The translations under genes and the position numbers were made by a program. From the NCBI GenBank assembly GCA_033764965.1, contig JANRIN010000137.1, positions 6,212-70,211 of the forward strand: DNA of 64,000 bases, given 5' to 3'. Below the pieces are notes generated by a model. The model worked only from the letters and a program-made list of their open reading frames with translations. It was not told the DNA's origin and made no database searches. This document shows, one piece after another, positions 1 through 9,974 of the stretch (position 1 is the stretch's first letter; the number at the start of each line of letters is the position of its first letter). Origin of the DNA: Leptolyngbyaceae cyanobacterium bins.302. Lineage in GTDB: Bacteria > Cyanobacteriota > Cyanobacteriia > Leptolyngbyales > Leptolyngbyaceae.

Positions 1-474
1 CTGGGCGAAAGCCGCTACACTGAGGACCTTGTTCTCATCATTGAACTGGACAAAATCAAAGCGCAACCCCTGCTTGAGGCATTCCTCAACGCTTCGTTTT
101 ACATTAGTGCCATTGCGGTTGAGGATGCCATCAGCGGACGGTGTTCCTCCTTCAACGTTCTGGACAACGAAACCCTCGAAAAGGCGGATCTGTTCATCCT
201 GCAAGATACCCCCTTTGGAAAGAGCAAAATGGCTCGACGGATTCAGCAGCAGCTACCCGATAGCAGTTTTATCTGGATTTCGTCTCCGGAGGACATTGTG
301 TTGCAAAAGCTGGTTTGGGGACGCGGGGGGCAATCCGAGAAACAGTGGCGGGATGTGCTGGGGGTTCTTAAGCTACAGGGGAATAGCCTGGATTTTGAGT
401 ATCTGTGGCGATGGGGTGCGGAATTGGATCTGGCTGAACCCCTCGATCACGCGTTCCGAGAATCTGGACTGTGA
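1..474 (+). CDS. 5'-truncated nucleotidyltransferase-like protein (cyanobacterial hypothetical family)
   Basis: Frame 1 is open from base 1 (LGESRYTEDLVLII...) into the listed 229..474 ORF. The SPEDIVLQKL..W....SEKQWRDVLGVLKLQ..LDFEYL..W pattern is typical of this family. Confidence 0.6.
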   Translation: MGESRYTEDLVLIIELDKIKAQPLLEAFLNASFYISAIAVEDAISGRCSSFNVLDNETLEKADLFILQDTPFGKSKMARRIQQQLPDSSFIWISSPEDIVLQKLVWGRGGQSEKQWRDVLGVLKLQGNSLDFEYLWRWGAELDLAEPLDHAFRESGL

Positions 475-552
475 GGATTTTAACGGAATCAGCGCGTCAC
501 ACTAAAATCATCGTATTCTGATAGCAACTCCAAAGCTCCCCTGAGCCTGATT

Positions 553-2196
553 ATGAATCTCGAAACAACCGACCTAGCAGAGTGGGATCGATTCACTGAA
601 TTATGGAATACAGATGCTGCTCGGGTATTCGAGTGGATAGAGAGCGCTGAAGCCTGTTTGCAAGCAGTTCAGGAACATAAATTCTCCGATCAGCTAGCGA
701 ACGACATTAAACTCAGCAAAGCCAGACTGGAAGCATCTGGCAAGATTATTGAAGAAATCTCAAGTGTTTTCTCAGCAATTCCCAAACTGCCTGAGCATCA
801 AGACCAATGTGATCGCCTTCAAAAAGAACTGGCACGAATCGAAAGCCGAGTCAAGTCCCTCAATAACGAATTAGAAGACTTGATCACCTCAAGCATCGTC
901 AACTCTCCCAAAGAAGCTGAGCTTTTCCTCAATAAGAATATTGAGCCAATCCCAACCGGTGCACCCTTTATTAGCTCCTTAGAATCCCAGCTAAGGAGAG
1001 ATCTTTGGAGCGATCGAGATGGCATTGCGGTTTTTTCTAAGATTGCCAAAAGCAATCCTCAGAACTACATTGAGCATTACATTTCAACTCCTGGCGATGT
1101 CACGACCCTACCCTGGGATGCCGCCGAGAAAATTATCAACAACTTTGGGTTTAACACCGTCAAACTTCAGTTGATCCTGGCATCTCACGCGATGAACCAG
1201 GAGGAACCCTGGAGCGGTAGTTTTACTTTGTCTGGGGAGGATGTGATCAAGAACCTCGGTTGGAATAACCGTAAGGATATTTCCCTCAATCAAAAACTCT
1301 CTGAATTAGCGAGTTGTGCTTTTGCCCTAGACTGCCTGCTGGTGAAGGTTGAGTGGAAAGAAGGCCAGATTAGTCGGCGTAAAACCCAGGTAACGATACA
1401 AACCTCCCGGATGTGGAACATTAGCATCAGTGCGACAGGGCAAAAGAATTTGCTAACCAGCAAGATAGAAAATTTGGATAAGGTTGAACTGCAAGTTCAG
1501 CCTGGGCTATGGACAAAAGGGTTTCTCAATCGAGGTGGTGCAAAAGCCAAAGAAGCTCTGCATCAATTTGGCTATCTAGCTCAGAGTGTTCTGAGGATTG
1601 ATCCTTATCACAACGAACTTGCTCTGCGCTTAGCCCTTCATCTGACTGTAGAAAGCCGCATCCATACTTCTGGGGAATACAGAGTTAAAACTCTCTTAGG
1701 ATCGCTTCTGGTTGGCTACCATACCAAGCTGGAACAGGCTCTAAAAGACCGTTACAAGGCGCGTGATTTGGTGGATCAGTGGAATGAAGCCCTCAAAACC
1801 TTGATGAAATTGGGTTGGACAGTTGAATTTGATCAGAACTACCCAGAATCCCTTAGACCAGACAGTCAAGTCCGAAAACCCAAAGGATACGTCAACATCT
1901 TGATCGAGAGCAAACTCACCGTTCGTCCCCCTGAACCCATCCCAGAATTATTGGAACGAAAGAAGGGTGGGAAGTTCAACGATCGCCGCAAACCTAAACC
2001 CCAACTTCCGGCTATACAAACAATCCCGATTACGGGTGAACAGGTTCGAGAAGCTCGTAAGAGTAAAGGTTGGAGTCAAGCTAAGCTAGCCGGTACATTG
2101 GGGGTTTCTCAACAATTGATTTCCCATATTGAATCCGGTCGACGAGAACCAACTCCCGAAGTAGAGGCGGATTTAAGATCAGTTCTAAAGTTATGA
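553..2196 (+). CDS. Protein with C-terminal XRE helix-turn-helix; putative plasmid replication initiator/regulator
   Basis: 547-aa ORF. C-terminal VREARKSKGWSQAKLAGTLGVSQQLISHIESGRREP is a classic XRE HTH, and there is an N-terminal coiled coil. The Rep role is inferred from its position next to the iteron array. Confidence 0.6.
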   Translation: MNLETTDLAEWDRFTELWNTDAARVFEWIESAEACLQAVQEHKFSDQLANDIKLSKARLEASGKIIEEISSVFSAIPKLPEHQDQCDRLQKELARIESRVKSLNNELEDLITSSIVNSPKEAELFLNKNIEPIPTGAPFISSLESQLRRDLWSDRDGIAVFSKIAKSNPQNYIEHYISTPGDVTTLPWDAAEKIINNFGFNTVKLQLILASHAMNQEEPWSGSFTLSGEDVIKNLGWNNRKDISLNQKLSELASCAFALDCLLVKVEWKEGQISRRKTQVTIQTSRMWNISISATGQKNLLTSKIENLDKVELQVQPGLWTKGFLNRGGAKAKEALHQFGYLAQSVLRIDPYHNELALRLALHLTVESRIHTSGEYRVKTLLGSLLVGYHTKLEQALKDRYKARDLVDQWNEALKTLMKLGWTVEFDQNYPESLRPDSQVRKPKGYVNILIESKLTVRPPEPIPELLERKKGGKFNDRRKPKPQLPAIQTIPITGEQVREARKSKGWSQAKLAGTLGVSQQLISHIESGRREPTPEVEADLRSVLKL

Positions 2197-2334
2197 ATCC
2201 GAGTTTTAGAGCAACCATTCTCTAGAAACCCTTCTCATATAATAGTTAGGAACCACCACGTTGAATGAAAGGCTGTCGATCTTGGGCGATCGATCTTGGA
2301 AGATCAAGTATGATTTACTGTTCAGATGCCAGGG

Positions 2335-2812
2335 TTTACTACAAAGTGGGTTTGTAGTAAAAATATTTTTTTAGTATTTGGCTACAAGTATTGATAAACA
2401 AGGGTTTCAAGCTTTTCTAAAAGGCCAGTCCGGATCTAGAAACACACCCGGATCGCCTCACAAAATTCTCAATTTCCCCTCAAGCAAAACCAAGGATCAC
2501 TACAAACCAGTTCTGTAGTAAAAATGGATTCCTCCACTATATGGCTAAAAACCGCATATAGACGGGTTTTTAGGTTGTTACGGTTGCTCACCTCAATTTG
2601 CAAAAACACCCGGATCAGCTCACAAAACTCCCCGAATCTCTCCTCATCCCAATTTTCAGATCACTACAAACGGACTTTGTAGTAAAAAAATTTCTGCTTA
2701 AAGTTGACCTTAAATTAAGTAACAGAAAGTGTTTCAGGGTACTACAGTAAACCCCGGATCAACTCACGAAATTACCCGGATCAACTCACAAAATGCCCGG
2801 ATCAACTCACTA
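2335..2812. repeat. Putative replication origin: three palindromes plus iteron-like direct repeats
   Basis: ACTACAAA-N5-TT(T/C)GTAGT-type palindromes start at 2338, 2499 and 2663. CCCGGATC(AA/AG/GC)CTCAC repeats start at 2447, 2609, 2753, 2775 and 2796 (degenerate copy at 2631). The last three are spaced 22 and 21 bp. Confidence 0.75.
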
Positions 2813-2962
2813 GGTGATCAATACAATCCTTATCCCCTAAAGATTCCAGCCATCTTACTACACTCTGATCAGTTTGATAAAACTGATCCGCTGGAAAACA
2901 AGGGTTCTCAAGATCTGACAAAATTCAGCATTCGTTTTCTATAAAGGAAGAGTGAAAGCTGC

Positions 2963-4918
2963 ATGAGTCCCCCTGTCTCAACTCGTTGTAATAATTCTGC
3001 TCACTCCCAGTTTCAGTACATCCAGGAGTGGGATGACGAGTTTCTCTCGCTCTTTCCCCATCGCTATGACTACATCTGGGCAGAACATCCAGATCCGAAA
3101 GGCAAGGTTGAATGGAAAACTGAGAGCCGTCATCCCCTAAGCGATCGCCTGATCCATCAGGGAGCCTATCTTTACGGGGTTCGCTTCGGTGCAGAAACTC
3201 AATATTGCTTACTGGATATTGACGCGGGCAGCATTTACCACCCCAAGCGAGATCCCTTCGCTATCTCCCGCATCTTGGCGGCACTTGAACCACTAGGATT
3301 GGTCAGCGCGATCGCCTGCACCTCCAGTTACAGCGGCGGGATTCACCTCTATTTCCCATTTGAGCAGCCTCAGAAAACCTGGGAGTTGTCACTCGCCCTG
3401 CAAGCTGTTCTGGAGAATGCGGGGTTGAAGTCAGCCCTGGGACAACTGGAACTCTTCCCGAATGTGCGGCTGTTCGTTACGGAGGGCACTCCCAATCTGT
3501 ATGCCGCCCATCGGCTACCCATGCAAGCTGGTTCCTACATCCTGAGTGACGACTGGGAACTGACCAACAGCAACCAAACAACTTTTTTGCAGCAATGGCG
3601 ATTTGCCCAGCGCCGTAATGATATCAATGCCAAAACCCTTCAACGGGTGCTCAAAGCAGCCAGACGTAAACGCTACTGCCTTTCCGGTAAAGCGGACAAG
3701 TTTCTCAATGACCTGAATGCCGACATCGAAGCTGGTTGGAGCGGCTCTGGACAGACGAACTACCTCCTGGGTCGGATTGCCATGCGGAGCTACATCTTTG
3801 GGCATTTACTGTACGGGTGTGAACCGCTGGCAGGCAAAGCACTGGTGAATGACATCGTGCGAGTTGCTAAATCCCTGTCTGGGTATGAAGAGTGGTGTCG
3901 TCACCAAAGTGAAATTGAGCATCGGGCGGAAGAGTGGGCGCAGTGTGTGGAAGCCAGTCACTATTTCCCGTTTGGGCAATCCAAGCAAGCTCCAACAGAA
4001 CTCATTACAGCGACAGAAGAAGAGGCATTGACCTGGAATCAGCAGCGATCGCAGGCAGCACGAGAACGGATTCGCCAAGCGATCGCTGACTTACTGAACA
4101 AAGGCACTCTTCCCACCAACGCAACCGCCCGGTTTCACGCCCTCACTAGCTACGGCATTGGTGGGGGTTCCCTCTATCGACATCGTGATCTCTGGCATCC
4201 CGCGCACCTTGTGGAAAACCCCCCAGACCCCCCAAACACATTAACAGTCTCCTCAATAGATTGCGCTGAGGGCGCAGCCATTGAGGGAAGCCCTAAAAGC
4301 TTATTCCCCAAAAATGACGGTAATGTCCCAGCCAGTAAGAGCTTTAAGGATTCTTTAGAGTCTGATCGCTCCTTAATAGATGGTAATAGCTTGCTAGATA
4401 AGGAAGCGAACGAGTTCGTCAGTGTTGATTCCCCAAGTTACTCACCGGATCAACAGGGAGAATTAGAAGGAATTCGCTACGTTCAACAGATTTTGTTCGA
4501 GATTCAGGAACGGAGTCAGGCTGACCGGGAAGCAGTGCAACAGGCACCCAGTCAAGGCAAGCAGCGCCAGCAGGAACAGACTAGAGCCACGCAAATTCAA
4601 CGGATGCAACAGTATTGGGATTCCAGCGATCCAATCTTGATGGCAGAAGCACAGCAGTGGGCGCAAATAAACCCTGATATTTTGGATGTCAGTCAGCATC
4701 CATCCCCTCCAAAGCAAGATGCTGTGGCGTATGAAGACAACTTGGATTTATCAAACGTGTTAGCCGCGATCGCAGTTCAGATCCAGCGATTACGATTAAC
4801 GCGGGAGCAGATGAGCGATTGCCTCTGGAAATTGTTTGGTAAGCGCAGCCAAGTATTTTTGGATGATATGGAATTGGCACAGTTGCAGTTGTGGCTAGAA
4901 AACACAAGCCGCCAATAG
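2963..4918 (+). CDS. AEP (primase-polymerase) superfamily plasmid replication protein
   Basis: 651 aa. hhhDxD motif (YCLLDID) and SxxxxxHh motif (TSSYSGGIHLYF) typical of archaeo-eukaryotic primase folds; directly downstream of the iterons. Confidence 0.7.
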   Translation: MSPPVSTRCNNSAHSQFQYIQEWDDEFLSLFPHRYDYIWAEHPDPKGKVEWKTESRHPLSDRLIHQGAYLYGVRFGAETQYCLLDIDAGSIYHPKRDPFAISRILAALEPLGLVSAIACTSSYSGGIHLYFPFEQPQKTWELSLALQAVLENAGLKSALGQLELFPNVRLFVTEGTPNLYAAHRLPMQAGSYILSDDWELTNSNQTTFLQQWRFAQRRNDINAKTLQRVLKAARRKRYCLSGKADKFLNDLNADIEAGWSGSGQTNYLLGRIAMRSYIFGHLLYGCEPLAGKALVNDIVRVAKSLSGYEEWCRHQSEIEHRAEEWAQCVEASHYFPFGQSKQAPTELITATEEEALTWNQQRSQAARERIRQAIADLLNKGTLPTNATARFHALTSYGIGGGSLYRHRDLWHPAHLVENPPDPPNTLTVSSIDCAEGAAIEGSPKSLFPKNDGNVPASKSFKDSLESDRSLIDGNSLLDKEANEFVSVDSPSYSPDQQGELEGIRYVQQILFEIQERSQADREAVQQAPSQGKQRQQEQTRATQIQRMQQYWDSSDPILMAEAQQWAQINPDILDVSQHPSPPKQDAVAYEDNLDLSNVLAAIAVQIQRLRLTREQMSDCLWKLFGKRSQVFLDDMELAQLQLWLENTSRQ

Positions 4919-5035
4919 TTCTGGCTAAGAAGAGTTCTTGAGGAAGCTTTTTTACTGTAAGGACATGCTCAACCTAAATTCTTACAGAGAATAGTCGATA
5001 TACTTAGTCAGTGAAGCTCTGCTTGGAAGAATTCC

Positions 5036-6703
5036 ATGAGTGGTCAACCCCCAACCCGAAAAATCCTAATTCTTGCTGCAAACCCGAAAAACACTGCCAA
5101 GCTGCGACTAGACGAGGAAGTTCGGGAAATCCACAACGGGTTGGAACGGTCTAAACATCGCGATCGCTTTGTGATGGAAGCGCGTTGGGCAGTCCGTCCC
5201 GATGACTTGCGGCGATCGCTGCTGGACATTGAACCTCAAATTATCCATTTTTCCGGTCATGGGGTTGGGGCTGATGGCTTGATGCTGGAGGATGAAACGG
5301 GACAAGCCAAATTGATCAGTGCTGATGCTCTGGCACGTTTCTTTAGCCTCTTCAAGGGGATTGAATGTGTATTGCTGAATGCCTGTTATTCCGAGGTGCA
5401 GGCGGACGCAATTTACCTGTATGTGGATTATGTGGTGGGCATGAGTCAAGCCGTGGGCGATCTCGCTGCCATTAAGTTTGCTAAGGGATTCTACGATGCT
5501 TTGGCAGCAGGACGATCCTATGAAGATGCATATCAATTTGGCTGTAACGCGATCGATTTTGAAGATGTCTTACACCAGCAACACCTGATTCCTGTACTCA
5601 AGCATCGGGGTGCAGCTTCCCCTCCGCCCCCATCGTCCTCAACTTCTGACTCTTCCCCACCGTCTCCCTCGCTTTCCCAAATTCCTCTGGAACAGCCCGA
5701 AGGTCAGGTGGCATTAACCTCTCGCTTCTATGTCAAACGTCCGCCAATTGAGGAGGATTGTTATGCCGCGATCACCAAGCCAGGGGCTCTGATTCGCATC
5801 AAAGCGGCACGCCAGATGGGCAAAACTTCGTTAATGACTCGCATTCTAGATCAGGGGGCTAAGCAAGGCTATCGAGCAGTCCCGATTTACTTTCAGGAAG
5901 CAGATGGGGAAATCTTTTCCAGTCTGGATGGATTTCTGCGATGGTTTTGTGCCACCGTTACGGCGGAATTGAATCTAGCAGATACGCTGTCCCAGTTTTG
6001 GGCCGCCAGTACGTTAACAAGCAAGCAGAAGTGTGGTAATTACATTCGACAATTTCTGCTCTCAGAACTGAGGACTCCTCTGGTGTTCGGACTGGATGAA
6101 GTGGATTTGGTGTTTCAGCACCTTAAAATTGCTCAGGACTTTTTTGCCTTGTTGCGAACCTGGCATGAGCGAGGTAAAAATGAAGCACTCTGGCAACAGT
6201 TGAGACTGGTGATTGTGCATTCCAAGGAGGTCTATATTCCCCTGGATATGCACCAATCGCCATTTAATGTGGGCCTGCCGATTGAGTTGCCGGAGTTGAC
6301 CCAGGTGCAAGTGGAGGATCTGGCAGAGCGGCATGGGGTGTCACTCACGGGAGATGAAGTCGGCAACTTGATGGCCATGGTGGGGGGACATCCATTTTTA
6401 GTGCGGGTGGCGCTGTATGAAATTGCTTCTGGACGACGATCTCTCCCCGAACTATTGCAGATTGCGCCTACGGATGAGGGCTGTTTTTATGACCATCTGC
6501 GGCGTCATCTGGTCAATCTGGAAGGCAATGCGGCATTAATGGAGGCGATGAAACAGGTGGTGTCGGCCAACGCACCCGTCCAGATTGGAGCCAATGAGAA
6601 ATTTCAGCTTCGCAGTATGGGCTTGGTTAAGTTTCAACAGAATGCCGTGGTTCCCTTGTGTGAGTTATATCGAGTGTATTTTCGCGATCGCCTGAAACGG
6701 TAA
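5036..6703 (+). CDS. CHAT (caspase-like) domain + AAA_35-type NTPase
   Basis: KILILAANP...LRLDEEVREI start, IIHFSGHG and VLLNAC (His/Cys dyad), Pro/Ser linker, Walker A AARQMGKTS, Walker B LGLDEVD-type (FGLDEVD), SPFNVG motif. Confidence 0.85.
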   Translation: MSGQPPTRKILILAANPKNTAKLRLDEEVREIHNGLERSKHRDRFVMEARWAVRPDDLRRSLLDIEPQIIHFSGHGVGADGLMLEDETGQAKLISADALARFFSLFKGIECVLLNACYSEVQADAIYLYVDYVVGMSQAVGDLAAIKFAKGFYDALAAGRSYEDAYQFGCNAIDFEDVLHQQHLIPVLKHRGAASPPPPSSSTSDSSPPSPSLSQIPLEQPEGQVALTSRFYVKRPPIEEDCYAAITKPGALIRIKAARQMGKTSLMTRILDQGAKQGYRAVPIYFQEADGEIFSSLDGFLRWFCATVTAELNLADTLSQFWAASTLTSKQKCGNYIRQFLLSELRTPLVFGLDEVDLVFQHLKIAQDFFALLRTWHERGKNEALWQQLRLVIVHSKEVYIPLDMHQSPFNVGLPIELPELTQVQVEDLAERHGVSLTGDEVGNLMAMVGGHPFLVRVALYEIASGRRSLPELLQIAPTDEGCFYDHLRRHLVNLEGNAALMEAMKQVVSANAPVQIGANEKFQLRSMGLVKFQQNAVVPLCELYRVYFRDRLKR

Positions 6704-6708
6704 TAGCC

Positions 6709-9348
6709 ATGAGCCAACAGTACTATGTGGGGGGCAGTCTGCCTCCGGATGCATCCACCTATGTCACTCGCAAAGCCGACCAGGAGTTGTATGAACGGCT
6801 GAAGGCAAGGGATTTTTGTTATGTGCTGAATTCACGCCAGATGGGGAAATCGAGCTTGCGGGTGCGGACGATGGCACGGCTACAGGCAGATGGAGTTGCC
6901 TGTGTGGATGTGCAGACGACAGAGATTTTGGAAGCAGGCATGACTCCAGAGCAATGGTATGCCGGAGTGGTGAACACCCTGGTGGTGGGGCTGCACCTCC
7001 AGGACGAGTTTGATGATGCGGCATGGTGGGCACAGCAGAACCGTTTCTCTGCCGTGCAGCGGTTTAGCCAGTTTATTGAAACGGTGTTGCTGGAGCGAGT
7101 GGCTCAACCCATTGTGATTTTCATTGATGAAATTGATCGCGTCCTCAGCCTCGATTTCAACCTGGATGCGTTTTTTGCCGTGATCCGGGAGTGTTACAAC
7201 AAACGCGCCGATCATCCCGCCTATCGTCGTCTCACCTTTGCCCTAATTGGGGTAGCCACGCCGTCCGATTTGATCCGCGACAAACGCAGTACGCCATTTA
7301 ATGTGGGACACGCGATCGCCCTGGATGGCTTTCAACTGGAGGAAGCGACTCCTCTTCTTCCCGGCTTAGCCACCAAAACCACCAATCCCCATGCCGTTCT
7401 TCAAGCCATCCTCCATTGGACAGGCGGGCAACCGTTTCTCACCCAAAAGCTCTGTAACCTGGTGTTGCAATCCCAGGATTCCGTTCCATCTGGATATGAA
7501 GCCGATTGGGTTGGTGATTTGGTGCGATCGCGCATTGTTGAAAATTGGGAAACCCATGATGAGCCAGATCATTTACGGACGATTCGCGATCGATTACTAA
7601 AAGATGAACATCGATCGGGCCGAATTCTAGGTCTTTATCAACAGATTCTACAAAATATTGAAATTAGTGCTGATACCAGTTCTGAACAAATGGAATTAAA
7701 ACTTTCAGGTTTAGTCGTAGTTCGACAAGGCAAATTAGCTGTTTCTAGTAGTATCTACGAATCAATTTTTAACCAATGCTGGGTTGATCAGCAACTTCAA
7801 ACTTTACGTCCTTACTCAGAATCAATTAGAGCCTGGAGTAGTTCAAATTATCATGATACTTCTCGACTACTTAGAGGAAAAGCATTACGAGATGCTTTGG
7901 AATGGGCAACTGGTAAAAGGCTTAGTAATGAAGATTACCATTTTTTATCTGCTAGCCAAGATGCTGATAAGCAGGAGATCCAGATTGCCTTAGAGGCGGA
8001 AAAGGAAGCACGTGCAGAAATCATGCAGATTTTCAAGAATATTGTTGACGGTCCACCGTCGAAGACACGTACATTATTACAATCTTCCGCCCAGCAGTTT
8101 ACTGTCGCCTCTGTTGGAAGATCTACATGGTCTGGTTCGAAAATTGCGACCTTGATTACTTTAGGAATAACAAGTTTAGTTATAGGTTTACGTCAAGTCG
8201 GAGGATTTCAACCGTTAGAGGTCAAAGCATTTGATCAAATGGTTCGACTTCGACCAGAAGATCCCCCAGATTCACGGATACTTATTGTTTCGATTACCGA
8301 CGAAGACATTCGCTCCCAAAACCGCTGGCCCATTTCAGATGGGGTGATTACGCAAGCAATTCGACGATTACAGCAGCAACACCCTCGGACGATCGGGCTA
8401 GACATGTATCGGGATGTGCCACATCAGCCGGGTCATGCTGAGTTACTTAAAGAATTGAAAGCGCCAAATATCATTGCAATCACACTTTTGGGTGATGCTG
8501 GAAAGCAGGAAGTCCCCGCGCCTGAAGGGGTTTCGCCAACTCAGGTTGGATTCAGTGACATTGTGGTAGACCCGGATGCGGTGGTGCGCCGCTATCTGCT
8601 CTATGCTAAAACCCAGACGAAAGACTATTACTCGTTTGCGCTGCGACTGAGTTTACACTACTTATCTAACAAATCTCACCCATTCTCAGTTAAGCCAGAG
8701 GAAGAAATTCGGATTGGCAGGACGGTTTTTCCATCGCTTAAGATAAACTCTGGCGGGTACGCCACACTGGACGATCGCGGCTACCAAGTTATGCTGGATT
8801 ACAGCTCTTCCCAAAATGTTGCTCGCCAAGTGACATTAACCCAAGTGTTAAAAGGCGAAGTTGATCCTACCTGGATTAACAACAAGATTATTCTCATTGG
8901 TACGACGGCTGCTTCTGTCAGAGACTTATTCCTTACTCCTTACAATAATTCCAATGATAAAAAACCTGAAACCCCAGGAGTTATCATTCACGCTGAGGCG
9001 TTGAGCCAGATTATCAGTTCTATTTTAGATAACCGTCCTCTAATTTGGTTTTGGCCTGACTGGTTGGAGATTATATGGATTACATGTTGGTCTGTGATTG
9101 GAGGCTTCTTGGCGTGGCACATTCGCCCTCCTTTTCTTTTCATTATTAGTGCTACTGTCGCGCCTATAGTTTTGTTGAGTTTTAGCTATGGAGTATTTCT
9201 TATTGGAGGATGGATACCAATAATGGTTCCAGCTACTGTGCTTCTACTAAGTGAAACAATTGTTGTAAGCTATCGAGTCATACGTGAGAAACAACTTAAG
9301 CAGTTAATCCAATTAATTAATGAAAGAGACGAAAATGTTCAAAGTTGA
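6709..9348 (+). CDS. AAA_35-type NTPase fused to a CHASE2 sensor with transmembrane helices
   Basis: N-terminal SRQMGKSS, FIDEID, TPFNVG, WTGGQPFLTQKLC. C-terminal CHASE2 motifs (D.RILIVSITDEDI, IGLDMYRD, VGFSDIVVDPD.VVRR, PGVIIHA) followed by three hydrophobic helices. Confidence 0.85.
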   Translation: MSQQYYVGGSLPPDASTYVTRKADQELYERLKARDFCYVLNSRQMGKSSLRVRTMARLQADGVACVDVQTTEILEAGMTPEQWYAGVVNTLVVGLHLQDEFDDAAWWAQQNRFSAVQRFSQFIETVLLERVAQPIVIFIDEIDRVLSLDFNLDAFFAVIRECYNKRADHPAYRRLTFALIGVATPSDLIRDKRSTPFNVGHAIALDGFQLEEATPLLPGLATKTTNPHAVLQAILHWTGGQPFLTQKLCNLVLQSQDSVPSGYEADWVGDLVRSRIVENWETHDEPDHLRTIRDRLLKDEHRSGRILGLYQQILQNIEISADTSSEQMELKLSGLVVVRQGKLAVSSSIYESIFNQCWVDQQLQTLRPYSESIRAWSSSNYHDTSRLLRGKALRDALEWATGKRLSNEDYHFLSASQDADKQEIQIALEAEKEARAEIMQIFKNIVDGPPSKTRTLLQSSAQQFTVASVGRSTWSGSKIATLITLGITSLVIGLRQVGGFQPLEVKAFDQMVRLRPEDPPDSRILIVSITDEDIRSQNRWPISDGVITQAIRRLQQQHPRTIGLDMYRDVPHQPGHAELLKELKAPNIIAITLLGDAGKQEVPAPEGVSPTQVGFSDIVVDPDAVVRRYLLYAKTQTKDYYSFALRLSLHYLSNKSHPFSVKPEEEIRIGRTVFPSLKINSGGYATLDDRGYQVMLDYSSSQNVARQVTLTQVLKGEVDPTWINNKIILIGTTAASVRDLFLTPYNNSNDKKPETPGVIIHAEALSQIISSILDNRPLIWFWPDWLEIIWITCWSVIGGFLAWHIRPPFLFIISATVAPIVLLSFSYGVFLIGGWIPIMVPATVLLLSETIVVSYRVIREKQLKQLIQLINERDENVQS

Positions 9349-9613
9349 TACTCAGAGTTAATGCAAGGAACATTGGAAATGAATAATATTGTTCAAGAGC
9401 AGGAATTTTCTGATTTAAAACTTCGATTGATGATGAGAAAAGGTCAATCGTTGCTGTGGAGTTGTATGGAAAAGAAAGGCGATCGCAATAAAAGGCTTTA
9501 TGATGTGGTCAGGCCAGAGGGGCGATCGCGGTGAAGGGAAGGAGCGATCACAGTAGAAGCAATGCTTAATTATTGAACAAAACGCTCTTCAGCCCAGTAA
9601 TAGGCATTGAATC

Positions 9614-9922
9614 ATGAATGTGCAACTGATTGAGTCACTCGTGCAAGTAATTTTGTCGCTCTCAGAAGAAGAGCAGGCATTATTGTCACAGAAACTTGCC
9701 GAAGCACAATTAGCAACAATCCATTTAAGTCAATCCAATCATGCAGATACCGATGAACAAAGCCTTCAGCCCCTCATTGCTGCGGGAAGAATCATTCCAC
9801 CTGCCCACCACCCAGATCTTCCCTCCATTTCTGAGGCGGAACTGAAAGTCATGGTTAGCAACATCCAAATTTCTGGCAACCCTCTGTCAGAGACGATTAT
9901 CGAGGAACGGGGTGAATGGTAG
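9614..9922 (+). CDS. Putative antitoxin-like small protein (VapB-type position)
   Basis: 102 aa, MNVQLIESLVQVILSLSEEEQALL start and PLSETIIEERGEW end. Its stop overlaps an ATG reading MVDAY, like a PIN toxin start. Confidence 0.5.
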   Translation: MNVQLIESLVQVILSLSEEEQALLSQKLAEAQLATIHLSQSNHADTDEQSLQPLIAAGRIIPPAHHPDLPSISEAELKVMVSNIQISGNPLSETIIEERGEW

Positions 9923-9974
9923 ATGCTTACTGGACGGATTGTAATCCCAACTGACTAAGTTTGAGAATTAATGC

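Noticed and set aside
29-505. Listed 158-aa ORF and the many short antisense/overlapping ORFs in the track
   Set aside because: They overlap better-supported genes in other frames and have no recognisable motifs; treated as shadow ORFs.
2335-2812. Spaced palindromic repeats as a CRISPR array
   Set aside because: The period is ~162 bp, the intervening DNA is itself repetitive, repeats are short and no cas genes are present; an origin/operator array fits better.
2729-2944. 71-aa ORF with repeated RINS peptide
   Set aside because: It is just the translation of the iteron repeats.
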